A stretch of DNA of 63,293 nucleotides, counting the filler, from Octopus bimaculoides (lineage: Eukaryota): the NCBI RefSeq assembly GCF_001194135.2. It is 7 parts of 6 records of this genome, joined end to end, with 100 filler letters (N's around TTAATTAATTAA, not from the genome) between each part and the next. Parts side by side here need not be neighbours in the genome. Positions count along the whole stretch, not along the records: positions 47,525 to 55,558 come from NC_068981.1; positions 55,659 to 59,769 come from NC_068994.1; positions 59,870 to 63,293 come from NC_069006.1; 4 more parts are not named here. One strand, written 5' to 3'. A program made the translations under genes and the position numbers. Of this stretch, positions 49,607 through 62,267 are shown piece by piece. Within the stretch, counting starts at the first letter, position 1. Each line of letters starts with the position of its first letter. The notes below the pieces were generated by a model. The model had not been told where the DNA came from, made no database searches, and saw only the letters and a program-made list of their open reading frames with translations.

Positions 49607-50891
49607 GTGTGTGTGTATGTGAATGAGTGTGAGTGTGTGTGTGTGTGTGTCTACAAAAATGGGCATTAAAGGCATAACGTTGGAGTTACTTGTATATAGT
49701 AGTCTTTCACTGAGTCTCACACTGCCTAAAATTTCTTGGATACATAATACTCCCACATCACTAGATATCTGGAGAAGACTGGAAAGAATTTAAAAGAAAT
49801 TTAAGGTGTTCTCTAGGTGAGAGTATATTGGCTGCCATTGGTCAGTTGAGGTCATGTGGTTAGTTTTGCTATCATAGTGACAGCTTTGTTTTATAACTAA
49901 GCTGACGTGGTAGAACACATAGGATGTTGACGTTACTTTGACGACATTCTGAAGGATATATTTCAGAGACATCAGCAATTTACTTTGGATACAGCACGTG
50001 GTAGAGCTGACAAGATTTTAGCCTTAGTCGTCATGCTGAAGGGTGTATTATTTCAACGATTTGAAACAACAGATTTTCTTTTTCTGGGGCTAGAATAGAG
50101 ATAATTTTACATTGTTTTAAAAATTATTAACGATTCTTTTTCTCTCCATTTAATGTTTCCTCTTATCCTCCTCTTTTCTTTCAGGATATCTTATTTCGCC
50201 ACTCCTCCTACATTTTCTTTTACGCCCTTTCAATTTATATCTGTATTTATCTCGCTCTAATTTCATCATTCTATTAGCTCTTATTTTAACCACAATTTTT
50301 GTAATATCTACCAACTGCATATCTCTCACTCATTTTCTTTCTTTCATCACATCCTATATCTATTATTCGCTCTTTCACTATACATACATACACACACACA
50401 TACATACATACACACGCACTTACATTCATACATACATACATACATACATACATACATACATGCATGCATGCATGCATGCATACAAACATACATATATTTC
50501 TATATCTCTCTTCCTTTCTCATAGATACTTTCTTTCTTTCTTTCTTTCTTTCTTTATCGAAACTCCTTCTTTTCTTGTTTATCTCTCTTACATTCACGCT
50601 TCTTGTTATTCTATTCCTCATCTTGAATTTCAAACTCTCCTTCTCCCCCCTCTCTCTCTCCTTATTTTACTTTCTCCCCTCTTGTTCTTCCTTGCCCTTC
50701 TTCTGTTTTGTCTTTCCTCTCTCTCTTTCCTTTTGTTGTTTTCCTTCCTTAAATTTCAAATACTCTCTCACACTCTCTCTTTCTCCTCACATTTAACTAT
50801 TTCCCCAGATCCCCTGAGTTTTTCTATCCCATACAATCTCTCTCTAGCACATATGCACACACACACACATCCACATACACGTACTCAGCAA

Positions 50892-50931
<40 letters not shown>

Positions 50932-51799
50932 TACACGCAAACACGCGCACACACACATGCACGCACGCACTTATTGACACTCCTCCACTCTCACGCACAC
51001 TCTCTGACTTTCATATAGATGCAGACACACACTTCTGCCTCATTTGTTCTGTCGTAGGGAAATAAAATAGTTCCTTCTCTCTCAAACGCACGCACACACA
51101 AATACAAAACACACAAAACACAGTCACACACACACACATACATACACTCACATATACTCATACACACACAGACACAAAACAAATACACATTCATACCTAG
51201 GCACCTATATATACACAGAGGTGTATGCACACATATACAGTCCTACGTCTCCCACTTGTCCCTAAAAGTTTCATTTTGCATTATTTTTCTTGCCCCAAAT
51301 TGCTCACACCACAGATATTTCACATCAGTCTGTCTATGTATCTAACTCAATGAACCAGCTCTTGAACCTATATGTAGTCACTCCAACCAGTTGAAATGCC
51401 ACTAGCGAAATCAACGACAAGAAAAATTCATTAAATAATATGGTGCCGGGTACACTGTCTGCAATGTTTGTGTTCACAGCTGGCTGACTGGAGCTAAAAC
51501 ATTATAAAATATATTTCATATACACATATACAAACAAAAATATTTGAAGAAAGACTTTCTTAAAAGTTATTAGTTATTTAAGGAATATTTAAAAAAAAAG
51601 AGAACGACGTGAACATTTTGGGATTAAGTTTTCATATTCAGTGTAAGCACTTTCGTCGTTCAATTACTAAAACACGTGCGTTATGGAGCGTATATACACA
51701 TATACAAAATATATATAAACATGAAAATCAGAAACAAATACGTATATAGATACACTGACGAACATCAAAATCATAGCTTATTCAATATTTATAGCCTTC

Positions 51800-52205
51800 T
51801 TTCGTTTGTCTTTACGTTCTGGGTTCAAATTCTGCAGAGATCGACTTTGCTTTCATCCTTTCGGGGTCGATAAATTAAGTACCACTTGCGTACTGAGGCG
51901 ATCTACCCNNNNNNNNNNNNNNNNNNNNNNNNNNNNNNNNNNNNNNNNNNNNNNNNNNNNNNNNNNNNNACACACACACAACGAAAAAAATTTCGTGCCT
52001 TGTGACTAGAGTAGAAAAGAATATTTGTAGCCTTCTTTCGTCTGTTTTTACGTTCTGAATTCAAATTCAGCCGAGGTCGACTTTGCATTTCATCTTTTCG
52101 GGGTTGATATATTAAGTACCAGTTGTGTAATGAGGTCGATCTAAACGACTTGCCTCCCCCTCCCCCAAAATTTCGGGCTTTGTGCTTAGAGTAGAAAAGA
52201 ATATT
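51800..52205 (+). mobile_element. Two tandem SINE family A bodies, with a gap between them
   Basis: TTTACGTTCTG(G/A)...TTCAAATTC...GACTTTGC...TTTCATC...CGGGGT at ~51812 and ~52049. Confidence 0.8.
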
Positions 52206-53450
52206 TATAGCATTCTGCAAATCTGTTATTTTACAGCTTTCCATGTTTATATTTCTAATTTTCTGTAGTAACCACAAAAATTGTTATCTATCTATCTATC
52301 TATCTATCTAACTAACTAACTGTCTGTCTGTCACTTTGTTTATCTATTTATAAGTATATCTGTCTGTATGTCTGTGTGTCAGTTTCTCTGTCATCTATCT
52401 ATATGTTTAATATTATAATCATATAATAAATGACGTTGCTTATCAATATATTTATTGTCATTCGAAGGGAATAGCTTCAATTTAATCCCTTCGTTTCTGT
52501 ATGTATGTGTGGGCCTCTGTATGTGTGTAAGCCAGTACGCATGTATCTGAGGGTGTATCGTTGATGCAAGTAAAAAGAGGTCAATAATGAAGCTCATCTC
52601 TAACATCCGCTTCTTCATATATGCTCTTCATAAAGCTGTTTATTCTTCAGACTGATTCTGGCGTTTTTGAACTTTAGAAATCTTTGACTTTGCATCAGCT
52701 GTCTCTTGTGAGCAATGAAACATTTTAGTGCCTGTTTTAATTCGTGATGTCTATCTCTTCAGTATTTTACTAAATTCAGTGTATAGGATTGAATGTATGA
52801 TTCAAATGAAATATTTCATATTTTTATTAACAAGTTACATTACTGCAAATTTCGTACATGGCGTAAATATATATTTCTAAAATTATACAATGTATTCTGT
52901 TTTTAATATAACATCTTAAAGTTTTCATAACTATCATACAGGATAAATGTATTTGCTGTCATTTCTGCAGAGTATAGGTGTGTTAATAAGTTAATAATTT
53001 TTTAAAAGAACCAGACAATATCAGTGATTCATTTCAGCCATTATTAGAGTGTAAATGTACACGCCGTATCTGTATATATCCGTCTCTCATTTTGTCTGTG
53101 ATTCATATCCCTTCCTTCATATCGCTTCCTTCCTTCCTTCATTCATTCATTCATTCATTCATTCCTGTCTTCATTCTCTCTTCCTTCCTTTCTTTCTTTC
53201 TTTCTTCATTCTTTTCTTTCTTCTTTCCTTTCTCTCTTTCTCTCTCTAACTCTCTCTTTCTCTGTCTTTCTATCCCTCGGTCTCTCTGACTATCCATCTA
53301 TGTATACATATTTGCCTTCTCCCCCAATTCATAGATACATACATACATACATACATACAAACATACATACATACATACACACACACATGCATGCATACGT
53401 ATATACGTTCACACATACACATATATATGTATATATGTATATGTACCCCC

Positions 53451-53489
<39 letters not shown>

Positions 53490-53527
53490 CATGTTTGTAT
53501 GTGTGTGCATGTATGTATGTAAATGCT

Positions 53528-53612
<85 letters not shown>

Positions 53613-53825
53613 TTATAGATATAAAGATTTACACACATACATATACATATATATCTACATATATATTCATAATATATGTATATTATACATTCATATATAT
53701 ATATATGTATGTGAGCGTGCGTGTTCGTGCGTGTGTGTGTGTGTGTGTCTGTGTGTCACTGTATGCATTCAATTCAATCATTTGTGTTCTCTTCTCTCCT
53801 CCCTCTTCAAATTTACTGTAAGCAG

Positions 53826-54037
53826 GTGGCATGACAACGGCCGAAGGTCTCGATCGCTCGACCAATGATCTCGAGAGAGATGCGTACTCGACGCCTCGGC
53901 AGAAACGCATGCGCACGTCGTTCAAACATCACCAGCTGCGCACGCTCAAATCCTACTTCGCCCTGAATCACAATCCAGACACAAAAGACTTGAAGCAGCT
54001 GGCCCAAAAGACCGGGCTCAACAAGAGGGTACTCCAG
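53826..54037 (+). CDS. Lhx2/9: LIM-class homeobox exon, Lhx2/9 (apterous) family, homeodomain residues 1-46
   Basis: GMTTAEGLDRSTNDLERDAYSTPRQKRMRTSFKHHQLRTLKSYFALNHNPDTKDLKQLAQKTGLNKRVLQ; KRMRTSFKHHQLR and NHNPDxKDLKQL are diagnostic. Long pyrimidine tract and GCAG| at 53825 (phase 1); donor CAG|GTGAGA at 54037/54038 (phase 0). Confidence 0.96.
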
Positions 54038-54314
54038 GTGAGAAAACGTATGTTCATTGTTGTTGTTGCTCCAGTCACTTCAAATGTCACCAGTGCTGCT
54101 GCTCTTTACCGTGTTGCTGTCATCGTATTTGCTGTCGCTGTTGTTGTTTTCTACATTCTAGTTTCCTTGGAGGTCAGCACCGTTGTCATCTTTGATAGAT
54201 GTCACGATCGTTTTCCATGTTATTGTTTATATTCATTTTCTTTTAAATTTCCTGCCTGAATTGTTGTCGTTGGTTTTGTTGTTGTTATTATTGTTGTCAT
54301 TGTTATCATTATCA

Positions 54315-54358
<44 letters not shown>

Positions 54359-54377
54359 GCTGTTGTTATTAAAGCAT

Positions 54378-54590
54378 TGAGCTGACAAAATTGTTACCAT
54401 GCCGGACAGAATGCTTAGCAGCATTTCTTTCGGCTGTAGGTTCTGAATTCATCTGCCACCGAGGTCGAATTTGCTTTTCATCATTTCGGGATCAATGGTT
54501 CTAATTTCTGCCAGTTGAGCTCTGTGGTCAATGTAATCGACTTATCCCCTCTACCCGGAATTGATGGTGTTGTGCCAAAATTTGAAACTT
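54378..54590 (+). mobile_element. SINE family A, degenerate
   Basis: GAATGCTTAGC...CGAGGTCGAATTTGCTTTTCATCATTTCGGG...GTAATCGACTTATCCCC. Confidence 0.75.
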
Positions 54591-54627
54591 ATTATTATTA
54601 TTGTTCATATTATTATTATTATTATTA

Positions 54628-54691
<64 letters not shown>

Positions 54692-55149
54692 ATTGGGAAC
54701 TTTGTGGTTTGAGTCACTGCATCTCGAAACCTTTAGAAAGTTTTCTTAATGTAGCATATAGATGTTGTTTGTGACATTGAATCCAAATTTGTTATTCATT
54801 TATTCCAGAAAAAATTTGCGAAAATGTTACAGGTGTTAAAATTTTCAGCCAATCAGAAAACAGCGCGTTCATTGCCTCTTCGATCATCTATCAGAGTAGC
54901 GAGAAGTGGGTGGGCGCCGGCATGTCAAAACATTAGAAATAACAGTGAAAATCTTTAAATCAAATTATGTTAAAAGCTATGAGCAAACCAACAGGAGTTG
55001 CTAAAAATAACAGTCAAAACATTAAAATATACGCGAGCAAAGTGAAAAACATTAGAACATAATCGAGCAAATTAAATATTTAAAAGCTGCGAGCAAACCA
55101 ACTGCAGTTGCGAGAAATAACAGTCAAAACATTGCTTAAAACATACATT

Positions 55150-55325
55150 TATTACATTATTTACATTATTTACATTTAATGGATATTTGTCCTCACATTG
55201 TTTGTTGTAAACAAAACGTTTCGGCTGATATACCGTCCAGCCTTGATCAGGTGTCTTGGGGAAATTTCGAACTTGGGTTCTCATACCTAAGGTATTTTTC
55301 GATGTTGTTGTTATTATTATTATTA
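55150..55325 (-). mobile_element. Family H tail with a mutated hammerhead (CUGAUCA)
   Basis: Matches 41745-41900; motif at 55210-55255 has a G8-to-C change and a helix I mismatch. Confidence 0.8.
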
Positions 55326-55558
55326 TCATTATTATTTTATGTTTGACTTTTGTTTTGCATTTGTACAAGTTGGATCCAAGTCTCACCAAGAGACAACAAG
55401 TTAGAAGTTCATGTAGGTGTTATGCCTAGGGTACCATATATTTGGATTTGTACAGTTTTGTTCTAGTGAATGTTTAAGAAACCATAAGAAAATTACGTGT
55501 TTGCTTTAAAATTTGAGATCACATAGACAGTATTTTACGTAGGATATGGGCAGATCCC
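55325..55558 (-). mobile_element. R4/Dong-like LINE 3' end joined to the (TAA)n spacer of family H
   Basis: GSAHILRKILSM* then a 3' UTR ending CAAAAGTCAAACATAAAAATAATAAT. Confidence 0.75.
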
Positions 55559-55664
55559 NNNNNNNNNNNNNNNNNNNNNNNNNNNNNNNNNNNNNNNNNN
55601 NNTTAATTAATTAANNNNNNNNNNNNNNNNNNNNNNNNNNNNNNNNNNNNNNNNNNNNCACCAT

Positions 55665-55999
55665 AATTTGTTGTTGTTGTTGTTGTTCTTCTTCTTCTTC
55701 TTCTTCTTCTTCTTGTACTTGTTGTTGTTGTTCTTCTTCTTCTTGTTCTTGTTCTTCTTGTTCTTGTTCTTCTTGTTCTTGTTCTTCTTGTTCTTGTTCT
55801 TCTTGTTCTTGTTCTTCTTGTTCTTCTTGTTCTTCTTGTTCTTCTTGTTCTTGTTCTTGTTCTTGTTCTTGTTCTTGTTCTTGTTCTTCTTGTTCTTGTT
55901 CTTCTTCTTCTTCTTCTTCTTGTTCTTCTTCTTCTTCTTCTTCTTCTGCACCTCCTCCTCCAACTCTCATCAATTTCTCCTTTTGTAAACGTCTTATCG

Positions 56000-56054
<55 letters not shown>

Positions 56055-56085
56055 TAATTGCTGTTGCTGTTGCTGTTGCTGCTGT
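55665..56085. repeat. Compound microsatellite (GTT)n-(CTT)n-(TTCTTG)n-(CAT)n-(TGCTGT)n
   Basis: Read directly; it is the source of the poly-K/E/Q/M ORFs. Confidence 0.95.
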
Positions 56086-56526
56086 AGTCGAGGACCACAT
56101 TGAAGATAACGACGGCTTAGCTGATCAGACGAGAGGACGGGTTGTTGAAGCTCTTCTGCCATTTGCAATTGCCTCGCAAGAAAAGCACAGAGATGCACAC
56201 TTTCCCAGTCGTTCCTTTTTAGCTGTTGACGTCGCCTTTTCCTTTTGTTGTTGTTCTTGTTTCTGCAGCAGTTTGTGCAATCTTTCATTTTATTTATTAT
56301 ATTTATCTATTTCACCATTTTATTATCTTCTTTTTTCTTTCTTTCTTTTTTCCTTGTAATTGCTGCAGTTCCTAACGTTATTACTGTAATAGCTGTTGTT
56401 GTTGTTGTTGTTGTCATGTCTATTCGTGTTTTTATTCGTTGCAGTCGCCATTTTATTGTTTAATGCTATTATCATCCAAGACGTATTTTGGTCGCCTTTC
56501 CTTCTCTTGTATTTGCTGTTGCTGTT

Positions 56527-56557
<31 letters not shown>

Positions 56558-56621
56558 CTGCTGTTGCTCTTCTTGTTCTCGTGCTTGTTGTTGTTGTTCT
56601 TTATCTACTACTACTACTACA

Positions 56622-56666
<45 letters not shown>

Positions 56667-56780
56667 GCTACTACAACTACTACTAAAACTACTACTGCTG
56701 CTGCTGCTGCTGCTACTACTACTACTACTACTATCTGTTTTTCAAGTTCTACCTCCTCCTCCTCCTCCTTATTCCTCTTT

Positions 56781-56814
<34 letters not shown>

Positions 56815-56847
56815 GCTACTACTACTACTACTACTACTACTACTAAA

Positions 56848-56884
<37 letters not shown>

Positions 56885-57311
56885 TTCCTGTTTTCATCTT
56901 TTACTTCTTCGTCTCCGCACTTTTCTTCCTTCCTTCCTTCCTTCCTTCCTCCCTTCCTTCCTTCCTTTCTTTTCTCCTTACCATTAATGTTTATTCTCTT
57001 TAAATTCTGTTGTCCTTGTCTCAGCAAAATGGCTGACACTGCCGATTCTGCAATTTCTAGGCGCTTAATAAATAAGTAAATAAATAAATAAGTAAATAAA
57101 TAAATATTTATCATCTGCTTCTCCATCTTGTTATGCATCGGTTTTATTTGGTTTTGTTCTTTTTATCTTTCTTCCTTTCTTTCTCGGAGACCTATCCGCT
57201 TTTTTTTATTTACAAAACTACTCATCTTTATTACCTACCTACCTACCTACCTACCTACCTACCTACCTGACTATTTTTCTCTCTCTCTTCACACACACAT
57301 ACATACACACA

Positions 57312-57355
<44 letters not shown>

Positions 57356-57364
57356 AACACATAC

Positions 57365-57409
<45 letters not shown>

Positions 57410-57738
57410 AACCCACACACATATACACATATACACATATATATAAATATATACATATACATACATATATATATATAAACACATACATATACATATATAT
57501 ATATATGTATATATATATGTGTGTGTATATGTATATATGTATATATATACATATACATATATATATACATATATATATACATATATATACATGCACATAT
57601 ATATNNNNNNNNNNNNNNNNNNNNNNNNNNNNNNNNNNNNNNNNNNNNNNNNNNNNNNNNNNNNNNNNNNNNNNNNNNNNNNNNNNNNNNNNNNNNNNNN
57701 NNNNNATATATATATATATACAATATATATATATATAT

Positions 57739-57814
<76 letters not shown>

Positions 57815-58399
57815 TGTATATACACATACATGCATATACATACACACAGTTGTATTGCTGCTAACCCAGTGTAAGGCCTGCAATGAGATTCGAAGTCAGA
57901 ATGACGGGAGTCAGATGAGGAGTGCAAAGTATGAGCTCGTGTTTCTTTCCAAACTTTTCTAATGTAAACTATGTGTGTAACAAGCATGGTTCTGTGGTTA
58001 AGAAATTCGCTTTGTAATCACGTGGTTCCGCGTTCAGTTCTGCAGCATGGCTGCAGTTCTATGATTGAAGCAAATAAAAGAAAACAAACTGTATAAACAG
58101 ACGTAGAACGGTGCTAGTTTAAATAATTTGGTTTGAGAAAATCGAAGTTCTCACAAATACTTGTGAGTTAAAAAACACAATGCTCGTTGAAAATATTGTC
58201 GGCGGATCATCAGACACAGCGTTTCGCTTTTATTTGGTTTCCTCAGTAACGAGCGTACTGAGGCATTCTTAGCTAAGCCGAAAAAATGCACGTCCAGATA
58301 TGAAGATTAAACAGAACATTCATTGATTCTTGTAAAAGCTGGCTAGGCTAAAATTAAATTAACATACGTATTTAAAACGGCGTTAGATTAAAATAACGA

Positions 58400-58604
58400 T
58401 GTGCAAAGTGGCGCTGGAAAGTTCCTGGCTTTGGATAAAAGAAAATACAGGAGGTTCAGTTAGTTATGATTTTATTAAACACATTCCCCTCTCAGATTCA
58501 CACATTTATTGCAGCGGTCCTTCAGTTTTTCCAAGCCCTGTAAAAGAACTCGGAAGGTCGAAATGCCAACCAATACATTCGCGATACCCTTAAAGCCAGG
58601 AACT
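58400..58604. mobile_element. Mariner-type MITE, right TIR truncated
   Basis: Inverted AGTTCCTGGCTTT (58420-58432) / AAAGCCAGGAACT (58592-58604). Confidence 0.55.
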
Positions 58605-59151
58605 GTCGAGAAGTTGTTACAGTCTTATGAGGATATGGGATGCCGATGTCACTCAAAATTCACTTTCTCCCACTCCCACCTCAACTTCTTCCCTCCGATG
58701 CTCGGTGCAGTGAGTGATGAGCATGGAGGAATGTTCCACCAAGATATTACTAAGACGGAGAATAACCACAAAGGCAAGTGGAACCCCCAACATGATGAGG
58801 GACTTTTTTTTTTGGATGCTCTTACGTGACATCCCAGAGGCAAAGTACACAAGATTGTCCAAAAAAGCCTCTTCTAACTGTCTGCTGTACTCTGAGTTGT
58901 GTGTATTGTATAATCCAAGTAATTTAGTTTCATCAATGTTCTGCATCTATGCTGGGTTTTTTTCTTCTGTAATATGCCTTTGTAACAGATTAAATAAACA
59001 CATTATATTTTGAATTTATATGCAGTATAATTAAAATGGGATATGCGAAAGCAAAAAAAAACTAGAAGTGACAGAGCAAAACTGTTCAGAAATTTGAATT
59101 CACCACATCAAAATTAATAAAAAAACACCTATTCACATCCTTACCTCAGTG
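58600..59151 (+). mobile_element. DNA transposon 3' fragment with a frameshifted transposase C-terminus, Chapaev3-like
   Basis: With frameshifts: VEKLLQSYEDMGC-MSLKIHFL-HSHLNFFP-MLGAVSDEHGGMFHQDI-GKWNP-NMM-DF-WMLLRD; terminus ...CCTTACCTCAGTG. Family name is from recall of the SLKIHFLHSHL / SDEHGERFHQDI motif. Confidence 0.65.
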
Positions 59152-59727
59152 CATAAAAAACGTTTTTGTAAACCAGTGTTATTTGAGCAAGCGCCTGTCA
59201 ATGTTTTGAGTGGGAATAATTCTTTAATTTTAATAGTTTCTTAAAACCAAACCAAACCAAACAAGACACACTTCTAAAAATCTGGTGTGCCATAACACTT
59301 TCAGTACCATATTCATATGTGGTGGCGGAGAAAAGATTCTTGAGAACAAATTCCTGGTTTCTCATGCAACGCTGCATATACTTCATGCATCGTTTGAATA
59401 TATAACTGTATGTGTACGTACCATTTCACTTTCGTCTATACCTTCGTACAGTCCACAAATATGAAATATATGTACATATACATACATGTATTAAGTATGT
59501 ATGTAAGTATGTAAATATATATATCTATGGATGTATCTATGTTTGTGTGTGCGTGCGTGTGTGCGTGCGTGTGTGCGTGCGTGTGTGCGTGTGTGCGCAC
59601 GCGTGTGTCTACGTAGGCATGTAACTATATATCTATCGTATATCAATCATTTTTATGCCCATTTGTACATACTCATAATCCTCAACACACAGACAGATAC
59701 ACACATACACATACATATATTCATAAT

Positions 59728-59769
<42 letters not shown>

Positions 59770-61019
59770 NNNNNNNNNNNNNNNNNNNNNNNNNNNNNNN
59801 NNNNNNNNNNNNNTTAATTAATTAANNNNNNNNNNNNNNNNNNNNNNNNNNNNNNNNNNNNNNNNNNNNATATATATACATGTGTGTATGAATATGTATA
59901 TACATGCATACACACACTCACACGTATATATATATAGAGAGAGAGTGTATGTATGTATGTATGTATGTATGTATGTATGTATGTGTGTATGTATAAAGAC
60001 GAGATGGTCACTGAGGAAAAATACTTTTGATGTATATGTTTATATTCGTTCAGACATAGACTTACTGCTCGCTTTACCTCCCCTCCCACTGTCCGTCTGT
60101 CTTTGGTTCCCCGCCCCCACACGTCTCTCCGTCTGCCTGTGTCTTTCTTTTTTTTTTTCTTTTTTTACCTCCATTTTAACTCCATCACATCTTCATCATC
60201 ACATCTTTTAATTAAACTTACTGTCAACACATCGTATTTGATATACAACGGAAGTTCGCTCGAAACATAGACACATACATACATCTTAACTGTTTGTACT
60301 CAGTTAACAGGCGAACTTACTAAAAATAACAAGGAAAGTAGAGAGAGAGAGAGAGGCACACATACACAAGAGGGTAAGAAGAGTACTTACATATACCCTG
60401 CATACCCCGATTACCTCGTATCTATTTTTTTTTATAGGTGTCTTTTCAATTTCTACAAATTTTTATTAGTTGTCGTAATGGTGTTGGTTTTTATTTTAGT
60501 TGTTTTTGCCAGTATTTCTTGATCAATTTCCCACCTCATTCCACTTTTTTTTTCTATCTTTCTTATTCTTTCCTTTTCTTTTTCATTGCTTTCTCTCCTT
60601 CTATGCTTTCTATCTGTTTGCGTTCTTTCCCACCCATGTCTTGCTTTCTTNNNNNNNNNNNNNNNNNNNNNNNNNNNNNNNNNNNNNNNNNNNNNNNNNN
60701 NNNNNNNNNNNNNNNNNNNNNNNNNNNNNNNNNNNNNNNNNNNNNNNNNNNNNNNNNNNNNNNNNNNNNNNNNNNNNNNNNNNNNNNNNNNNNNNNNNNN
60801 NNNNNNNNNNNNNNNNNNNNNNNNNNNNNNNNNNNNNNNNNNNNNNNNNNNNNNNNNNNNNNNNNNNNNNNNNNNNNNNNNNNNNNNNNNNNNNNNNNNN
60901 NNNNNNNNNNNNNNNNNNNNNNNNNNNNNNNNNNNNNNNNNNNNNNNNNNNNNNNNNNNNNNNNNNNNNNNNNNNNNNNNNNNNNNNNNNNNNNNNNNNN
61001 NNNNNNNNNNNNNNATCTA

Positions 61020-61175
61020 TTCTTCTTCTTCATTTATTTCATCGACCCTGAAATGATGAAAGGTAAAGTCGACCTCAGCAGCATTTGAACACAGAACGTA
61101 AACACGGACGAAATGACGCTGAGCCTTTTGTCCGACGTTCTAACGATTCTGTCAGCTCGCACCCTTAAACATAAC
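61020..61175 (-). mobile_element. SINE family A
   Basis: TTTATTTCATCGACCCTGAAATGATGAAAGGTAAAGTCGACCTC...GATTCTGTCAGCTCGC is the reverse complement of family A. Confidence 0.75.
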
Positions 61176-61984
61176 ATTGATGCCCCCCCCTACTTATAAT
61201 AATTATATGATCTTGTCTCAACGGTTTAGACAGAGCAGAAGGGTCATTGTCCCTGGCCCTCTTTCAAAACCTCTCTGACTGATAGGCAAAAGAGACGAGT
61301 TGACGACGATATTCTGAAACCGGGAGATGCGGCCTGACACTTTGCAACAGAGAGTGGACCCTGCTAAAAGCATCCAAGTACCATATGGCGGTTTTAAACC
61401 ACGCGATGGATTAAGCTTATCACTTAAATTGATCTTACACACCAATAGTTTTTCACACGGCTAATGGTTTACTTTTGACATTTTTACTTTCACATAAACC
61501 GAACAATAACGTTGTTCTGTTGCCCTTCTCTAACCCCTCCAACCCATCCCAAACACCATTAATATAAGTATTCTTTTATGTTGTCTCTATTCAAAAATAC
61601 ACATTAAGTTAAAACAAAAAAGAAAACAGACAAAAACAAACATGATTTAGTGAGAGTGTGGAGGACGGAATAGCAGATGGTTAGATTTGAAAGCTAATTT
61701 AAAATGGAGGATAGTGTGTAATGGTCCAAATCTACTTTTCTGATATTTAGTGTTTATATTATTGTTAAACATTTCACAAAAATCTCTGGACTGTGGAGTT
61801 AAAAGCGAAATATAAAGGGAGAGGATACAATCCCACCAAGTGCGTATTCGATAAAGTCCCTTCAAATTTCGCTACAGAGACAATTTTATCGTATGTTATG
61901 CGGACAAACCGTGTCGTAGACGATATGTTGCTGCTCGCTTCACTTCATGTCCAGGCATGTTGGAATAAAATAAGCTAAGTTGAC

Positions 61985-62267
61985 GAGATGGCAGAAACGT
62001 TAGCACGCCGGTTGAGATCCGTAGCGGTATTTCATCTGTCTTTACGTTCTGAGTTCAAATTCCGCCGAGGTCGACTTTACCTTTTATTTTTTGGGGTCGA
62101 TAAATTAAGTACCAGTTAATATATATATATATATATATATACGACTACCATCTTTCAATTTCTTTCCACCAAATCCACTCAATGCGACCCGAGGCTATAG
62201 TAGAAGACACTTACCCAAGGTGTCACGCAATGAGACTGAACCCAGAACCACGTGGTTGGAAAGCAAN
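61985..62267. mobile_element. SINE family A (+, ~61985-62118) followed by family B (-, ~62150-62267)
   Basis: GAGATGGCAGAAACGTTAGCACGCC...GGGGTCGATAAATTAAGTACCAG, then CCAAATCCACTC...GACTGAACCCAGAACCAC. Confidence 0.8.

Noticed and set aside
52570-52790. Minus-strand Lys/Gln-rich frames resembling an exon
   Set aside because: Stops interrupt all frames within ~50 codons and there are no convincing splice signals.
59198-59386. 62-aa minus-strand ORF MKYMQRCMRNQEFV...
   Set aside because: Short, with no homology or splice support.
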